From positions 18,724,001 through 18,788,000 of the forward strand of contig NC_042999.1 in the NCBI RefSeq assembly GCF_006345805.1: DNA of 64,000 nt, written 5' to 3'. This stretch comes from Octopus sinensis (lineage: Eukaryota). Below, piece after piece: positions 1 through 14,410 of this stretch (position 1 is the first letter of the stretch; each line of letters starts with the position of its first letter). The position numbers and the translations under genes were made by a program. Below the pieces are notes generated by a model. It was given only the letters and a program-made list of their open reading frames with translations. It was not told the DNA's origin and did no database searches.

Positions 1-1420
1 AATATACTGTATGATATGCCTTCATTCAAATACGTATACAATTATTCTTGTACGTGTTCGCATGTAGCAGTCTTCATTTGATTGTCGAATTGTCGTCAGT
101 TTTATTATTGTTAAAAGGCATAAGTGGCTCTATTGAAAGTATTATAAGAGGAAATTCTTAAACCAAGTTGTAGTAGTATTTAGAATCATAAAACTTTTAA
201 TAATGCTAATTGAATAAAGCCCTTTGCCATTTACTATAATTCTATAAACAATTACATGGATATACTCGACGTCTATGGTAGAGCATTTATTAAATATTCA
301 TTGTCTCTTATAAATGATTCATGTTGTGTGGACATTAGAAATCATTTATCAGGCATACATTGTCCATCTGAATTAGCAAGTGCCAATGAACATTCATTAC
401 ATATATCTGCATTGTCTTTTCAGAAAATCTCATGAAATGAAGAGTTACTCTTGAATAGCGTAATTCGCTGCACTTACACTTAACAAGTTATTAGAGATAC
501 GATTTTTATTAACAATTGATTTAATGCTTTAATGCTTACAAACTCATCACTAGAGTTTGTTCCGGTTTGAGACAATTAAGTAAAATTTCAATAAGTATAT
601 AGATTGAAATATATTTATGAAGATTTTGGAGTTATCTTCAAAGTAGTTATTAATTGGTTGAATGTTCAAACACAGTAAATTGAAAAGATGAAGGAATATA
701 ACCATTGTGTGTGTATTTCATCATCCTGAATTGCTACTTGTTTCTTTAGTGCATAGGTGGGACAATAACGATTACATCTATGTTTATATGGCATAATTAT
801 ATCACAGCAGGATTATGATAAAAAAATGTAAATCACACTTAAGTTTTATCAATAGAATCTAATCTGGTTAAAAACGATAAAGTATCTAAAAACATAAATA
901 AAGGCGAATACCACATGTAGACCAAATGTATGCATTATTGTTTTAATGAGGAATACAAAATGAAATTCATTAAGTTATTTCACTTTAACCAACATGAAGT
1001 AAAGAAAATATTGTAGCAACTATGAAGAGATAAGGGAGAAAATTTAAAAGCATTAAGATTTATTCGTTCATATAAATGAGCATTTGTTAGGAAAGAATCC
1101 TATATTTCTTGGCAGCTAAAAATTAATATTGGAAGGTTTCAGTCATATTGAACCACGTCTTCGTAATACAATTCACTCAAGAATGCTTTGTCAATCGACA
1201 AACAATATTCATCACTCGGTAACAGAGCTTAGTATTTCCTTTCCCTAGAGATGTAAATCAGGGACGATTTATTAACAAATGCCGCAAATTTTCGATGAAA
1301 ATTGTCCAAAATATAAGAAAGTTATACTTACATATAAGACATTAAATGTAGAAAGCCTCAACAATGGCATACAAAGAGTAAACTCTACAAGGAGTCACCG
1401 AATATTAGAATTTCAAACAC

Positions 1421-1778
1421 GTGTGGGATATAATGATCCGGTGCGATCACCCGACCAGACATTGGAAACTGGACATTGTTGTGGTGAATAAAAAATGGAG
1501 GATGTATGATAATCGACATAGCATGCACCGGTGACAACAGTATCAATGTGAAAGAAGAAACAATAAACAACTATGACGATTTGAAGTGTGAAATACGATG
1601 GTTGGGTTCAATGAATAGAGTAGACGTGATGCCAATGGTAGTTGGTGCACGTGGAAGTATCAGTACTCACTTACCAGCTTATCTGAAAAAGATTGGTGCA
1701 AGTGTGAAGGTAGAGCATCTAAAAAAATCAGTATTGCTTGGAACTGCAATAATTATTCGCAGGGTTCTTAAAGCATGA
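1421..1778 (+). mobile_element. R4/Dong-like non-LTR retrotransposon, C-terminal restriction-like endonuclease (RLE) fragment, frameshifted
   Basis: Translates as VWDIMIRCDHPTRHWKLDIVVVNKK / MIIDIACTGDNSINVKEETINNYDDLKCEIRWL...VMPMVVGARG...KKSVLLGTAIIIRRVL*, matching the WD..I.TD...RPDIV...IIDIA.P.D...KE.EK..KY.DL...VIPVV.GALG...ALLGTA.ILR pattern of RLE-clade ORF ends. Confidence 0.85.
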
Positions 1779-1812
1779 CCAGTAAGCAAGTGTCGCCTTA
1801 GTCTGATGGCTT

Positions 1813-2125
1813 GAGATTGTGCAGTTGTACAGCAATGATACAGATATCGAATTCGGTGTGTCGATGTGCGTGGTACTCACTTTGAAACGAGGGGAAAAGA
1901 GCAGATTGTAGAGGCATAGAATTGGCAAACGGTGTGAGAATGGATGACCCGAATGATGTTGGGTACCTTGGAGCCTTGGAGCTGGGCAATATTCTCCACA
2001 TAGAAACGAAAGACAAGTCATCGCTACATATTTCAAGCGCCTGGAACCTTTCTTGAAATGAAAACTCAACTGAAAGAATCCCGTGACTGCCATTAACATA
2101 TGGCTGCTGCTGTAGCCCGCCATAT
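1813..2125 (+). mobile_element. R4/Dong-like RT C-terminal/thumb fragment (decayed)
   Basis: With frameshifts: YSNDTDIEFGVSMCVVLTLKRG / GIELANG...VGYLGALELGNILH / YFKRLEPFLK*KLN*KNPVTAINIW, matching FS.DI.MEFG.DKC..L..KRG...YKYLG..E...KLN..N...AINTWA. Confidence 0.75.
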
Positions 2126-3315
2126 TAATAAAAGAAATATTACTGTGAATAGATATTTAAAAATAACATAGGTTTGAAAGGATTGGAATAATACCTTGCT
2201 TTTAAAGAAGTTTGATAGAGAAGTTCTGGTAATTGATGTCCTATTTCTTTTGTCTCAAGTCTCTAGGCCGGTACAAAAGTTTGTCATCGCGGAATTATGG
2301 AAGTATGTGGACCAGCCGAGCAAGTATATTTACGGAAAGACGAGAGACGATATATAAATGTGTATGTGAGCGTAGGCGTGGGTGTCTGTGTCTTTACACT
2401 CTAACCTATATTGTAGAACGTCTTAAGGAATATCACGTTTCTCTTTTCTCGACTTAATCGTTCATAAGAATACTTTGAAAGAATTGATTTCAAAGAAGGG
2501 CTTCAGTTTTGAGAGATTCAAATAGAAGAAGATAATATTAAATTACTCAGCTTTTCATCAAATTAGCAATATCATCAGAAACATTGTTTAGAAAAGCAGT
2601 GTAGCAGTCACCATAAAACTCATGACAGGTATGACTTAAATCAGTTGCAACTCAAACAAACTGAGACAGAGACACTGAGTTAAGTGTCGAAATACGGGAA
2701 ATAGGATAAAAACATTTGGGATTCGAAAACGTAGCATACGGTTGAATTTTCAAGGAAAGCGATGACATTAACGAATTCATCAAATCAACTGGGAACAGAT
2801 AAAATTACTGAATTCTCGCAAAGAGTACGACCAGAGTGCAAGGCGTTGGCTTCCATTAAGAATATAGCCAAAGCTCTGTTGGACAAGACCAGCTGGTCAA
2901 TCTCTTCACTAGTACATTCCTGATACGCTCTTATACGTAAGTTAGACGAGGGCTACTATGACACAATAATATCAAGTGGCTGTGCCACATATACTATGGA
3001 AACTCATGGTAGAAATAGTTTATGGGGAGTATTATCGAAAAGAAGTAACTTGCGTAGAGAGCCGAATTGCTAGTGTTATAGCCTAACACGAAATGTATGC
3101 GTTCCAGTTGGACGAACATGACACAACGCTGGGAAACAAGATGGACATGTAAATTTGTCAAGTAGTATTCAAAAGACAACTGAGACGGCGCTCAACACGA
3201 TACTTAAACGATCAAAAGTTCATTGCCATATTGAAGAGGTGTCCAACTACGAGAATAATGTAAGGATATTTTTACCAGCGATATGTAATGACATTTTATA
3301 ATATGCTTTTCTTCT

Positions 3316-3695
3316 CTAGGCACAATGCCCGAAATTTTGAGGGAGGAGAATAGTCGATTAGATCGACCCCAGTACGCAACTGGTACTTAATTTATCGACC
3401 CCGAAAGGATGAAAGGCAAAGTCGACCTCGGCGGAATTTGAACACAGAACGTAGTGGCTAAGCAAATCGCTAGGCGTGCTGGGGCTAAACATAGAGGGGA
3501 CAAACAAGGACAGACAAAGGATAAAGTCGATTATATTGACCCCAGTGCGTAACTGGTACTTAATTTATCGACTCCGAAAGGATGAGAGGTAGAGTCGACC
3601 TCGGCGGAATTTGAACTCAGAACGTAACGGCAGACGAAATACCTGTAAGTATTTCGTCCGACGTGCTAACGTTTCTGCCAGCTCGCTGCCTTGAC
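3316..3695 (-). mobile_element. tRNA-derived SINE family A, two adjacent copies
   Basis: Two copies of the reverse complement of gagttcaaattccgccgaggtcgactttgcctttcatcctttcggggtcgataaattaagtaccag, a sequence recurring at least 9 times in the window; B-box-like GAGTTCAAATTCC. Confidence 0.9.
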
Positions 3696-4399
3696 ATCTT
3701 ATAGTTTTGTCTGTAGAGTGATGAAGTTATATAACCGTTTAATTTTATCAAGCCAACGTATTTATAAACTGTCTACCTTTGCATGTGACAAAGTGGCAAT
3801 GATATTAATAATTCACAATAATACATCTTGACAGCAAAATTTGGGTTTAACTGAAAAATTTGCTGTATTCTCTCTTTGAAAAATTTCCTGTGGTGAGCTA
3901 TACACACTAATTCCTGTCCTTTTAACCAATGTTATTGTATATTCGAGTAATTGACTTAAAATTCATTTCTCAACGTTATTCAAAGTCAGTTTTACCTATA
4001 AATGACCAGAGTCGTGTAAATAGTGTTTAGATCTATTAACTGTCAATGTCGTATCATATTAAATCATATTAAATGGTGTGAACATACGGAGTTCGACTGA
4101 ATTACTTACAGAAAATTTTGGCAGGCTTATTAACCTTTTTCTCAGATAAACGTAGAGTTCATAAAACGAAGTTGCACTGCCACTCCTAATATCGGAAAAT
4201 GATATGCAAGTGACATACCTTCAGTACATACAGGCAAAAACATATTTGCGAGTGTGTTTGTGTTCGTGATGTCATGTTTAAAAATACATATATACGGTCA
4301 ATTTATTCCGTGTCCTCTACATGATATATAGTTAAAATATGTACTTGAAAGCCTCCTACTGTTTTACATTTATGTATCAAACGTTCAATAACTATTTCT

Positions 4400-4632
4400 A
4401 TTTCTTTACTACCCACAAGGGGCTAAACCAAGAGGTGACAAACAAGGACAGACAAACGGATTAAGTCGATCACATCGACCCCCAGTACGTAACTGGTCCT
4501 TAATTTATCGACCCCGAAAGGGTGAAAGGCAAAGTCGACATCGGCGGAATTTGAACTCAGAACCTAACGGCAGACGAAATACGGCTACGAATATCGCCCG
4601 GCGTGCTAACGTTTCTGCCAGTTCGCCGCCTT
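4400..4632 (-). mobile_element. SINE family A, full-length copy
   Basis: Head ggcggcgaactggcagaaacgttagc, the shared core, and tail ...tttagccccttgtgggtagtaaagaaatag. Confidence 0.9.
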
Positions 4633-5358
4633 CAAAGGTTCAATACTTTTGAGCTTTATTTGTAGTATACTAAGATTGAAAAAAATTTAAATATGAAATG
4701 CAATGGACAGAAACAACCTTCATTCTAAGAATACAACGGCCTTCCTTCGAGGTTTCCATAGAGATTGTTACCTTCCTCCCTATATTTTCCAACAAATATG
4801 AGAGCCTCTACACTAAGCACTATTGAAAATTGGGTGTTTGTAAATTGTTACTGAAGTGCATAACATTCACCGATATTGTACAAACCTAAATACCTACGCT
4901 CAAATATGAATTTATACACACATTCATTAATAACACAGAGATTAATAGAGGGTTTCTTCTTCAATATTCAGCCAGGATATTGATCGCTACATTGAGGCTC
5001 TCGCACCTTAAAACTTAGTGCAATATTTTCGTTTTTCAATGTCACTTATATTTGCAAATTACCAGAGTCGTGTGAATCAAATTTACATCTATTGGCTGTC
5101 AATGTCGTATCATATTAAATATTAAATGGAGTTAAGATACGGAGTTCGACTGAATTCCTTACAGAACATCCATTCATAATCATATGTGTGTTTGGGTTTG
5201 TGCTTATATACATACATACATACATATATATATATACGTATATATATAAATATATATATATATGTATATTTATATATATATATACATACTTACATATATA
5301 CATATACACACACAAATATATACGTGTATATATATATGTATATATATATACATATACC

Positions 5359-5425
<67 letters not shown>

Positions 5426-5509
5426 CATATATCTCACGTGATCACGTACCGACAAGGTTAACAGATGCTGTTATACATCATATGTTACAATGTGCCCTTG
5501 TATTGTTTT

Positions 5510-5695
5510 AACATTCAAAGGACGCCACCCCGCTGGCTGGGTGAGGAGGCCAACAATACCTCCTGAGAGATGGGGGACAGAAGCGATATGAAATTAAGTG
5601 TTTTGCACAAGAACGCAACTCGCTGAGCAGTCAGGAAATCGAACCTATGATGTGAAGATCGTGAGTGCAACAACCTAAACCCTAGTGCACGCACC
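5510..5695 (-). mobile_element. Third tRNA-derived SINE (single diverged copy)
   Basis: Minus strand reads ...ctagggtttaggttgttgcactcacgatc...aggttcgatttcctg (B-box-like) followed by gcgttcttgtgcaaaacacttaatttc, a typical SINE head plus central domain. Only one copy in the window. Confidence 0.55.
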
Positions 5696-7074
5696 AATGG
5701 AGATAATATCTGAAAACAAATGATTCGAGTACAAAGCTGAATTGCCGTTGTCATAGTCAAACACGAAATGTATATTCTCCAATTGGAAGGCCATTTTATA
5801 AAGCTGGCAGACAAGATGGACATGTACATTTGTCGTTATATATATATAACTCGAAATATATTATGAAGTATAATAAAAAGATTTTTAATTTTGAACTCGT
5901 ATCTATAATATACGCTTTTGCGAATAAGGAATTATATTGCATGGAATTATTATTTCAAGTGGGACAACGGCAATACAGTAACTACTTTATTTGCAATCGG
6001 AAAACGATAATTGCAGTTTATATTACTTTTTAAGTTGATGACTGTAGATAACGAGCATAGTATACCGTCGGACTGAATATTGCCATATTGAATAATTACC
6101 CAGTATGATCCTATATATTATTTAGCTTTGAATTACTGTTCATTTCATTATATTGAGAGCGATAAATTCAGTTCCAGCTATGAGTATTAGGCTATTCGAC
6201 TAACATTAATACTTACTTGTTAAATATGAGGAGTGTTCAACTAATATGTATGCCATGAAACTTAATCTATTGGGGAACATCGTGAATGAATATGTGATAT
6301 AGCTAGAACATTTAATTGTCTATATGATTATCTGATGGGCTTCTGTATACTTGCTGTGGGTACAGTTTCTGTAAAAAGTCTTAAGCTGCCACGAATTTCT
6401 TGTACAAAAATAAGTAGCAAGATCAAATCGAAAAATCTTATGTAATTCTCAAAATCTGTTCTCCGAATGACAAAATCAATAGCAGTATTTACACCTATTT
6501 AAATTCGTTGTTTCTTCTCCTTATTAAATAAATTTTGTGTTCAGTGCATCCGATATTGGTAAATTAAGAATCTGTGATGGAGAGAATTTTGCCTCCTGTG
6601 GATTGCATGTCTGATAAATAGCTGTCGACATTGTTTATTATGAATACAGAATTAATCAAGATACACATGTACAGTAGTCAGTTTAACTCAAGCAAACCCG
6701 AAGAACTTTGCCTGGGGTGTTTTGATAGTCATGGAAAAAGCAAGTATTACCGAACAGTTAAAGACTATTCCCATACCTAATGGAATGAAAAGTAAGAGGA
6801 TTTTGATGAAACGTACACAGATTTTACAGATATTATACAAAATGGAACGTTGGTGTTTTCTAAAAATAGTGTCACTTCTCAAATTTTCACTTACATACAG
6901 ATGGGAGGAATATAAGATGGCCGAAAACTTCATAACGACAATCTGATCTATCTCCATCTGTCTGTATTATGATCAGAGAAGTTGAATTATGATATCTATA
7001 ATAACCTAGATAACCTAGAACATAGGGGTAAGTGCTCCTTCAGATACTTTAACTCTGTTGGACTGCAGTCAATG

Positions 7075-7349
7075 CTATATTTGTAATGCTGTTGGTCTTT
7101 ATCTATCTTCTAAATTAGATTCACTCTCTCACTGTCGTCATGTGGTTTCCTTGTCTCTTTTCTATAAGTGTTTTCATGGATATTGCTCAGCTGAGCGCTC
7201 TTCTCTGGTTCCTCCTCTAAGAACTTATCAGCGATCATCTAGACTTGCATCCAGTTCTCATCATATACTGTGCAACCTCTTAAGTGTTGCTAAGCACTTT
7301 ACAGTACCAGTCTCCTCCCTTGCACCTCTGAACTTTGGAATTCCCTTCC
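7075..7349 (+). mobile_element. CR1/L2-group LINE ORF2 C-terminal fragment
   Basis: LSSKLDSLSHCRHVVSLSLFYKCFHGYCSAERSSLVPPL... then, after a frameshift, ...LWNSLP; matches L..RR.VASL.LFY.YFHG.CS.EL...VP...SF.PRT..LWNSLP. Confidence 0.8.
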
Positions 7350-7787
7350 ACAGTCTCGTGTGTGTGGAACAGTAAGATACGTAACCCATGTTCAGATATT
7401 CTTCGAAATATACGTGGTTAGGATTTACCTTCTCCAGTCACTAAAGACATGATTTTACAGTCACATAATTAGCAATTTTCCAAGCCAAATGCTGTGACCC
7501 TTACTTGCAATCGTCTTATCAAAATGTCCTTCCAATTCCATTTGGGTCTATGTGGATAACTTATGCAGATTACTAATCGTCTTGAATCAAGCATCATCTA
7601 ATTTATGCCATCAATATGTAGCAAGAAGGAATTACCCCATCTTCATCTTTACGGTTATCACTCATTCTGTCTATATGTTTCTCTCTCTCTCTCTCTTTAT
7701 ATATATATATATATATGCACACTCAAACGCCCACATACCCATGCATGCACGCACACACACACACACACACATATATATTATATATAT

Positions 7788-7856
<69 letters not shown>

Positions 7857-8255
7857 TATAGCCAGTTTGTATTATAATTTCAAATTTTTAAAAAGTAATA
7901 TCTTGGAAAATATAGAAATTTGTTTGAAATATCATGGAGATAGAAAATATATTATTTTCTCGTTATTTCATATTTAAATAAGTAATACATCTAAAATGTA
8001 CACGTATTATGCTCTGAAATCGAACAATTTATTTTTATTCTCTTAGCTGAAATTTATTCAAAGTTATAAAAATGAACAGACTAAATTTAAATTTGATGCA
8101 AGTCAGAATATATTACATCGTATATTCCATGGCATTTGCAAAACCAAATATCTTTTATTTGATATGGTTTTTAAATGTTGAGAGAATATTGAGAATATTC
8201 CAAGTATACTTATATATAAACTCATGAAACATACACGCATATATACCAATATACT

Positions 8256-8626
8256 CTTCTACTCTTTTACTTGTTTCAGTCATTTGACTGCGGCCAGTAC
8301 TTTGTAAGCCCAGTACTTATTCTATCGGTCTGTTTTGCCGTACCGCTAAGTGACGGGGACGTAAACACACCAGCATCGGTTGTCAAGCAATTCTAGAGGG
8401 ACAAACACACAAACACACACACACACACACAACACACACACACATATATATATATACATATATACGACAGGCGTCTTTCAGTTTCCGTCTACCAAATCCA
8501 CTCACAAGGCTTTGGTCGGCCTGAGGCTATAGCAGAAGACACTTGCCCAAGATGCCACGCAGTGGGACTGAACCCGGAACCATATGGTTGGTTAGCAAGC
8601 TACTTACCACACAGCCACTCCTGCGC
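8256..8626 (-). mobile_element. tRNA-derived SINE family B with internal (CA)n(TA)n
   Basis: Head gcgcaggagtggctgtgtggtaagtagc...ggttccgggttcagtccc (A/B boxes), body agtggatttggtagacggaaactgaaag, tail ggccgcagtcaaatgactgaaacaag. At least 7 copies in the window. Confidence 0.9.
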
Positions 8627-8952
8627 CTATGATATATATAAACTCTTGCATGTATATGTATGTACATACGTATATGTGCATATGTGTGTGTGTTCACATA
8701 TGTGTATGTATGTATATATATATATAGAGAGAGAGAGAAAAACTGACAGAAAGAGAGATGGAGAGAAAAAGAGAGACTGACAGAAATAGAGAGAAAGAGA
8801 AAGAAAGAGGCGCAGGCATGACCGTGTGGAAAGAAGTTTGCGTCCCCATCATATAGTTCTGGGTGCTCAAGTGTCTTCTACTATAGCTTTCGACCCAGTA
8901 AAGAGCCTCGTGAGTGGATCTAGCTGGCAGAAACTCAATGAAGATCTTCATT

Positions 8953-8954
<2 letters not shown>

Positions 8955-9008
<54 letters not shown>

Positions 9009-9025
9009 CATACACACACACACAC

Positions 9026-9065
<40 letters not shown>

Positions 9066-9180
9066 AGAAGAAAAGAAGAAGAAGAAGAAGAAGAAGAAGA
9101 AGAAGAAGAAGAAGAAGAGAAGAAGAAGAAGAAGAAGAAGAAGAAGAAGAAGAAGAATGATGAAGAAGAAGAAGAAGAAG
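8955..9180. repeat. Compound microsatellite (TA)n-(CA)n-(GAA)n
   Basis: Directly visible; the (GAA)n run spans about 9067-9180. Confidence 0.95.
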
Positions 9181-9818
9181 TCACAACAGACCGTCAACAG
9201 ATATAATTAGAGATAAGCACACGCAAGTTTATGCACACATATTGTCGTCAAAATTCGCTGACTAAGAATGTGTGTGAGACAGAAAGATAGCAGTGACATT
9301 AAAGTAAGTCTTCATGCTGAAGTTAATATAAAAACAGCAACGAAACGAATTTTCTGCACACCAGCCAAACAGACAATCTCTCCATATCTCTTTTCTTTAT
9401 TCATCCTTTACTCTTACTTCTTTGATAGAAATGTTCTGTTAAATGTTTATTCAGGGTCTCATCAAGATTTCTCACAGAAATTACATATTGATTAGTTGAA
9501 AATAGTCGACATTGTTACTACACAAACACAGAAGTATCAATGTTTATCGATATGAATATATTAGTCAAATTTCACTTCAAACGTACAGCAAACTTGAATT
9601 ATATAAATGCCTTATTAACATGTATAGAATGCCTTATAATCAAATGTTTCCTGGGATATAAACTATGTGACTCGTGGTATTAAAAATGTTCAATTACGTT
9701 CCATTACTCTCTTTGAAAATATCTGATATTTAAAATATAATTATTATACAAGGCATTCATAATGTGCACACGTAACACATTTTTATAATTCCAACTCTAA
9801 ATAAAAAGCTAAACACAG

Positions 9819-9851
<33 letters not shown>

Positions 9852-10415
9852 TTGTTTCAAGAAATTTTTCATTTCTCACTTGGAAGAATATTCCATTCGC
9901 ACGTAATATTTTCAGAATATATATTTCTAATTTCAGTAGTCACCTTTGAATCTTATATCATCTGCAGGCAATATATATAGGTATGAACAGGCGCGCTTAC
10001 GCGATTACTATGAGCCTTTTACTCCCTTACTTAGCAGTCATTCGAATAGCTCTTTTGTCTTAATAGCAGTCAATCATACAGTAATTTCCCTTTGTATAAT
10101 GGTCATTTTTCATAGCGTTTTTCCGATGGCCGGATAACCGAAGAGATGGCGGCATGGATTTCCACCTCGGCATCCGAAACTCAGAGTTTTATCATGGCTA
10201 CCGAATAATTATCGCACATTACATTTACAGATAAATTCCTCTATTTACATAATATCGAGGTCTCTTTCTTTCTTATGTTATTTTAACGCTTTTTATCAAT
10301 ATATATATATATATCTGTGTGTGCGTATTTATGTATGTATGTATGTATGTGTGTATGTATGTATGTATGTATGTATGTATGTGTGTATGTATGTATGTAT
10401 GTATGTATATATGTA

Positions 10416-10459
<44 letters not shown>

Positions 10460-12211
10460 CGTGTGTATATATTCGTCTGTGGGGGGTTTCTGCGTTTGTG
10501 TGTACTTAATTCAACTCATTCTGAATTAACAACTAATATTAACACATTTTAGTTAATATTTTTGTTTCCTTTTTATTCCACAAATATTGCCAACGTCGAT
10601 TTCACGTTATCAAAGAAAATATGAAAAAGGATGATTACACAATTCATTAGATCTTTCATTTCTTTGATGCTTCAACATTCGCTTTTTTTTATATATTCAT
10701 TTTTCTTAGACACATTCTTACTCGTCTTCGTGTAGTCATTTGTCTTCTATTTCTATGTATTTCATTTCTCTTTTTTTGTTTTTTTTTCTCTTGATAATTG
10801 CTATAGGTCACCTAAACCTCTTTGATCAGGCTCTCCTTTTAGAAAGCTTCAAGAAATTAATGTTTTAGTTCAGCGTTGTACGAACGTACTTAGCATTTAC
10901 GCATCACTATACAAGATGCATTTTATGTACTTTGGGACAAGAACCCTTTTGTTTTCAATAGAAAAGAAGCAAATATCAATAATTTTCCTTTTTCTCCACT
11001 GCAAATTCAAAGTTGCTTTCAGCATTTTGTTTTTATCACACATTGTAATAATCATTCCATTCTTTAATTTTATACCATAAAGAAAGGCTATTTTGACACA
11101 AAATTTAAACAATAGTTGAATCAACGTTACAAAGCATTAATTTCTTTCTACATGAATATTAGAATGCATTCTATAACAAAAACTCCCTCAGTGATTAAAA
11201 CGCTTCTCTTTCATGATGCTTCCTTTGAGTTCCGTAAGTTATTACTTTCTTGGTTTATGCTGATATTACAATGAAATGGTTTTCTCTACGCTTAGAACTG
11301 CGAGTATCATATTAAGCGGTTTCTGATTTTGAATGCGTTAATGCAACCTGATCCACGCAGGGAACGTACAAATTACAGGCAGTAATGTACAAAAGAGGAT
11401 GGGCGTTTGATATTACATAATACAAAGTGGTTATGAAAAATTAAACATTTTTTGAAAACTAACAAACCGTTCGATGTTGTGAAGCTATATATTAGGCATG
11501 TATCTATGAAACACGAATACTCGCATTCGTACAGATATGAAAGTCCATATCGACGCTGGGGCGAGGTTGGCAAAGAAATGAAAGATATTTACATTCGTTT
11601 ACATATCTATGAGGAAATGTGTCACTCGCTGAACCCAGATAATCATAAAAGGCGTTAAAATAATATTCACATATAAAATATTTTCGCAGTGATCTAGCGG
11701 CGATTACAACGGAAAGCTCACACATATGTAATGAAGCAAAAATATATGTATGAAGACACAGTTACTCTCACATACACAGACACTGTCTCATTCACACACC
11801 TAATATCGCGTTGAATTCTTTTCATCTATGGACGCCATATTTGTTCGGCTTTTATCAAGGGAAGAGCGGTGACAACTTTCTTGTGGGCGTTTTCGGCTCC
11901 ATATATACTTATATTGCAATTTGCTTGCCTTTGCGTTTTAACCTTATATTTCCCCCACTTCTCTTGGCATGAATATCCCGGATAATGCGAATATAAGAAA
12001 TATCATGTTTTCATTTCTCTTCGCGTCGAAGTAGTGATATTGTGTGTGAAATCAGCTTGTTTCTAAATTAAGTTTTCAATGTTTCCTTTTATATAACAAT
12101 TTATACACACGGTGACACGCACACGCACTATTAGACTCACAAACACACACAATATTCATATATATATAGATACACATACATATAAATATAATTGTACAAA
12201 TATACATTTAT

Positions 12212-12243
<32 letters not shown>

Positions 12244-12275
12244 GTATATAGGTATGTATATGTATATATATATAC

Positions 12276-12315
<40 letters not shown>

Positions 12316-12410
12316 CATCCTTTTTGTCTCGGGAGACAATGGAGTTGCGCATAAAATAGTCCAGTCCGGCTTTTACATTTCATGCCCTGATACATTTCCT
12401 GCTGTGGCTG

Positions 12411-12460
<50 letters not shown>

Positions 12461-12489
12461 GTGTGTGTATGTGTGTGTGTTGTGTGTGT

Positions 12490-12521
<32 letters not shown>

Positions 12522-12763
12522 GTGTATGCATGAATATATGTATGTCCGTCATTGTCCTGCACCGAGGAGGAGAATTAACCCAGAAACCATTCGTCTGCAG
12601 ATATCACTTAGGCTGGTGGTGTGCATCAGCTCATTTGCTGACAGTCTACAGAAACAGATGATGCGTCCCTAGCGAGCTGCAAAATATGTTTTCCTGAGGC
12701 TAAACAATAGTAACATCGTCCTAAGCAGGACTGCCACTTTATACTGGCAAATAGACTTTACTG

Positions 12764-12810
<47 letters not shown>

Positions 12811-13188
12811 ATGTGTATTTGTGCATGTATACGTATATATATATATATGTGTGTGTGTGCGTGTGTGTGTTTGTATGCATAGATACGCTTACGTATATAT
12901 TACTAAATTATGATATAAAAGAAAATTTTATTGCCAATAACCAGTATGTACTAACCCATGTGTATTCGTTTTTACAATGAACACGTACGCAGATATTTCT
13001 ATGGCTACCTCACCACTTTACTCTCATGCACTCTCTCCACCTCTCTTTCTCTCTGGATACACACACACATATATATATATATATATATCCTCTGTTTCTC
13101 TTTCTTTATCTAGCTGTCTTTATCAATATCTATCTACATTTATCTGTCTATCTGACAGTGCTTATCTATCTATCTATCTATCTATCTA

Positions 13189-13222
<34 letters not shown>

Positions 13223-13949
13223 ATATATATATATATGTATATATATATACATATAATGTATTTATATATACATTTATATGTACATGTATATATACTTATA
13301 TATGCATATATAGATACATGTATAATCATTCATACATGCATATATATATATATAAATACGTGTAAACTTGAGGACCTGATGCATACACTTATCTGATACA
13401 TATGTCATTAGTTAATATTAAATGCAAAGAGAACGGCAAACGTTAAAAATCGGAAGCCATATTTCAAAACCATAATCCGAAGGGAAATTACTGGATAAGT
13501 TAATTATAGGAATGCATAATTTTTAGAAATTGAAATTATTAATTTCTGCTCATTAGCTTATAGATACTTTCTGAGATTATAAACAATGTATTACAGAAAT
13601 ATTTGCATATTATACAACCACATTCCATATGAGTCCCAATGATATTAATATCACATCCCAATCTTTAGTGCATACATATACAATTGATGTACGTATAAGG
13701 TGAAAAGAAAAAAGCCTACATCGTTCCTTGTATCATACATTATATTCTTCTTTCAATGGTTTGATTCTATGGCGTAATGGAATATTTTTGAAGTTCAGTA
13801 TAACTAATATAATTTCGTATAAATAAGCGTATTATATATATATTTTGAAGGATCCTTAGAGATTAACGTGGCAATAATACACCCAGAGTATTTATATGTC
13901 AACGTTTAAATAAAATCTGTCTATAGTGAGGAACTGAAATGACCATTTA

Positions 13950-14163
13950 AGCTAACCAACCACTTGGTTCTAGGTTCAGTCCCACTGCGTGGCACCATGG
14001 GCAACTGTCTTCTGCTGTAGCTTCAAGCCGACTAAAGCCTTGTGAGTGGATTTGGTAGACGAAACTGAAAGAAGCCCGTCGTAAATATATACATACATAT
14101 ATATATATATATATATAATATATATATATATATGTATGTATGTACGTATTGTGTGCATGTATA

Positions 14164-14196
<33 letters not shown>

Positions 14197-14410
14197 CTGT
14201 GTTTGTCCCTCCACCATCCCTTGACAACCGATGCTGGTGTGTCTACGTCTCTGCAACTTTGCGGTTCGGCAAAAAGACACCAATAGAATAAGTACTAAAC
14301 TTACAAAGAATAAGTCCTGGGGTCAATTTGCTCGACTAAAGGTGGTGCTCCAGAATGGCCGCCATCAAAATGACTGACACAAATAAAAGAATAAAAGAAT
14401 AAGAATAAAT
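13950..14410 (+). mobile_element. SINE family B copy
   Basis: Same head, body and tail as the other B copies; ends in aaaagaataaaagaataagaata. Confidence 0.9.
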
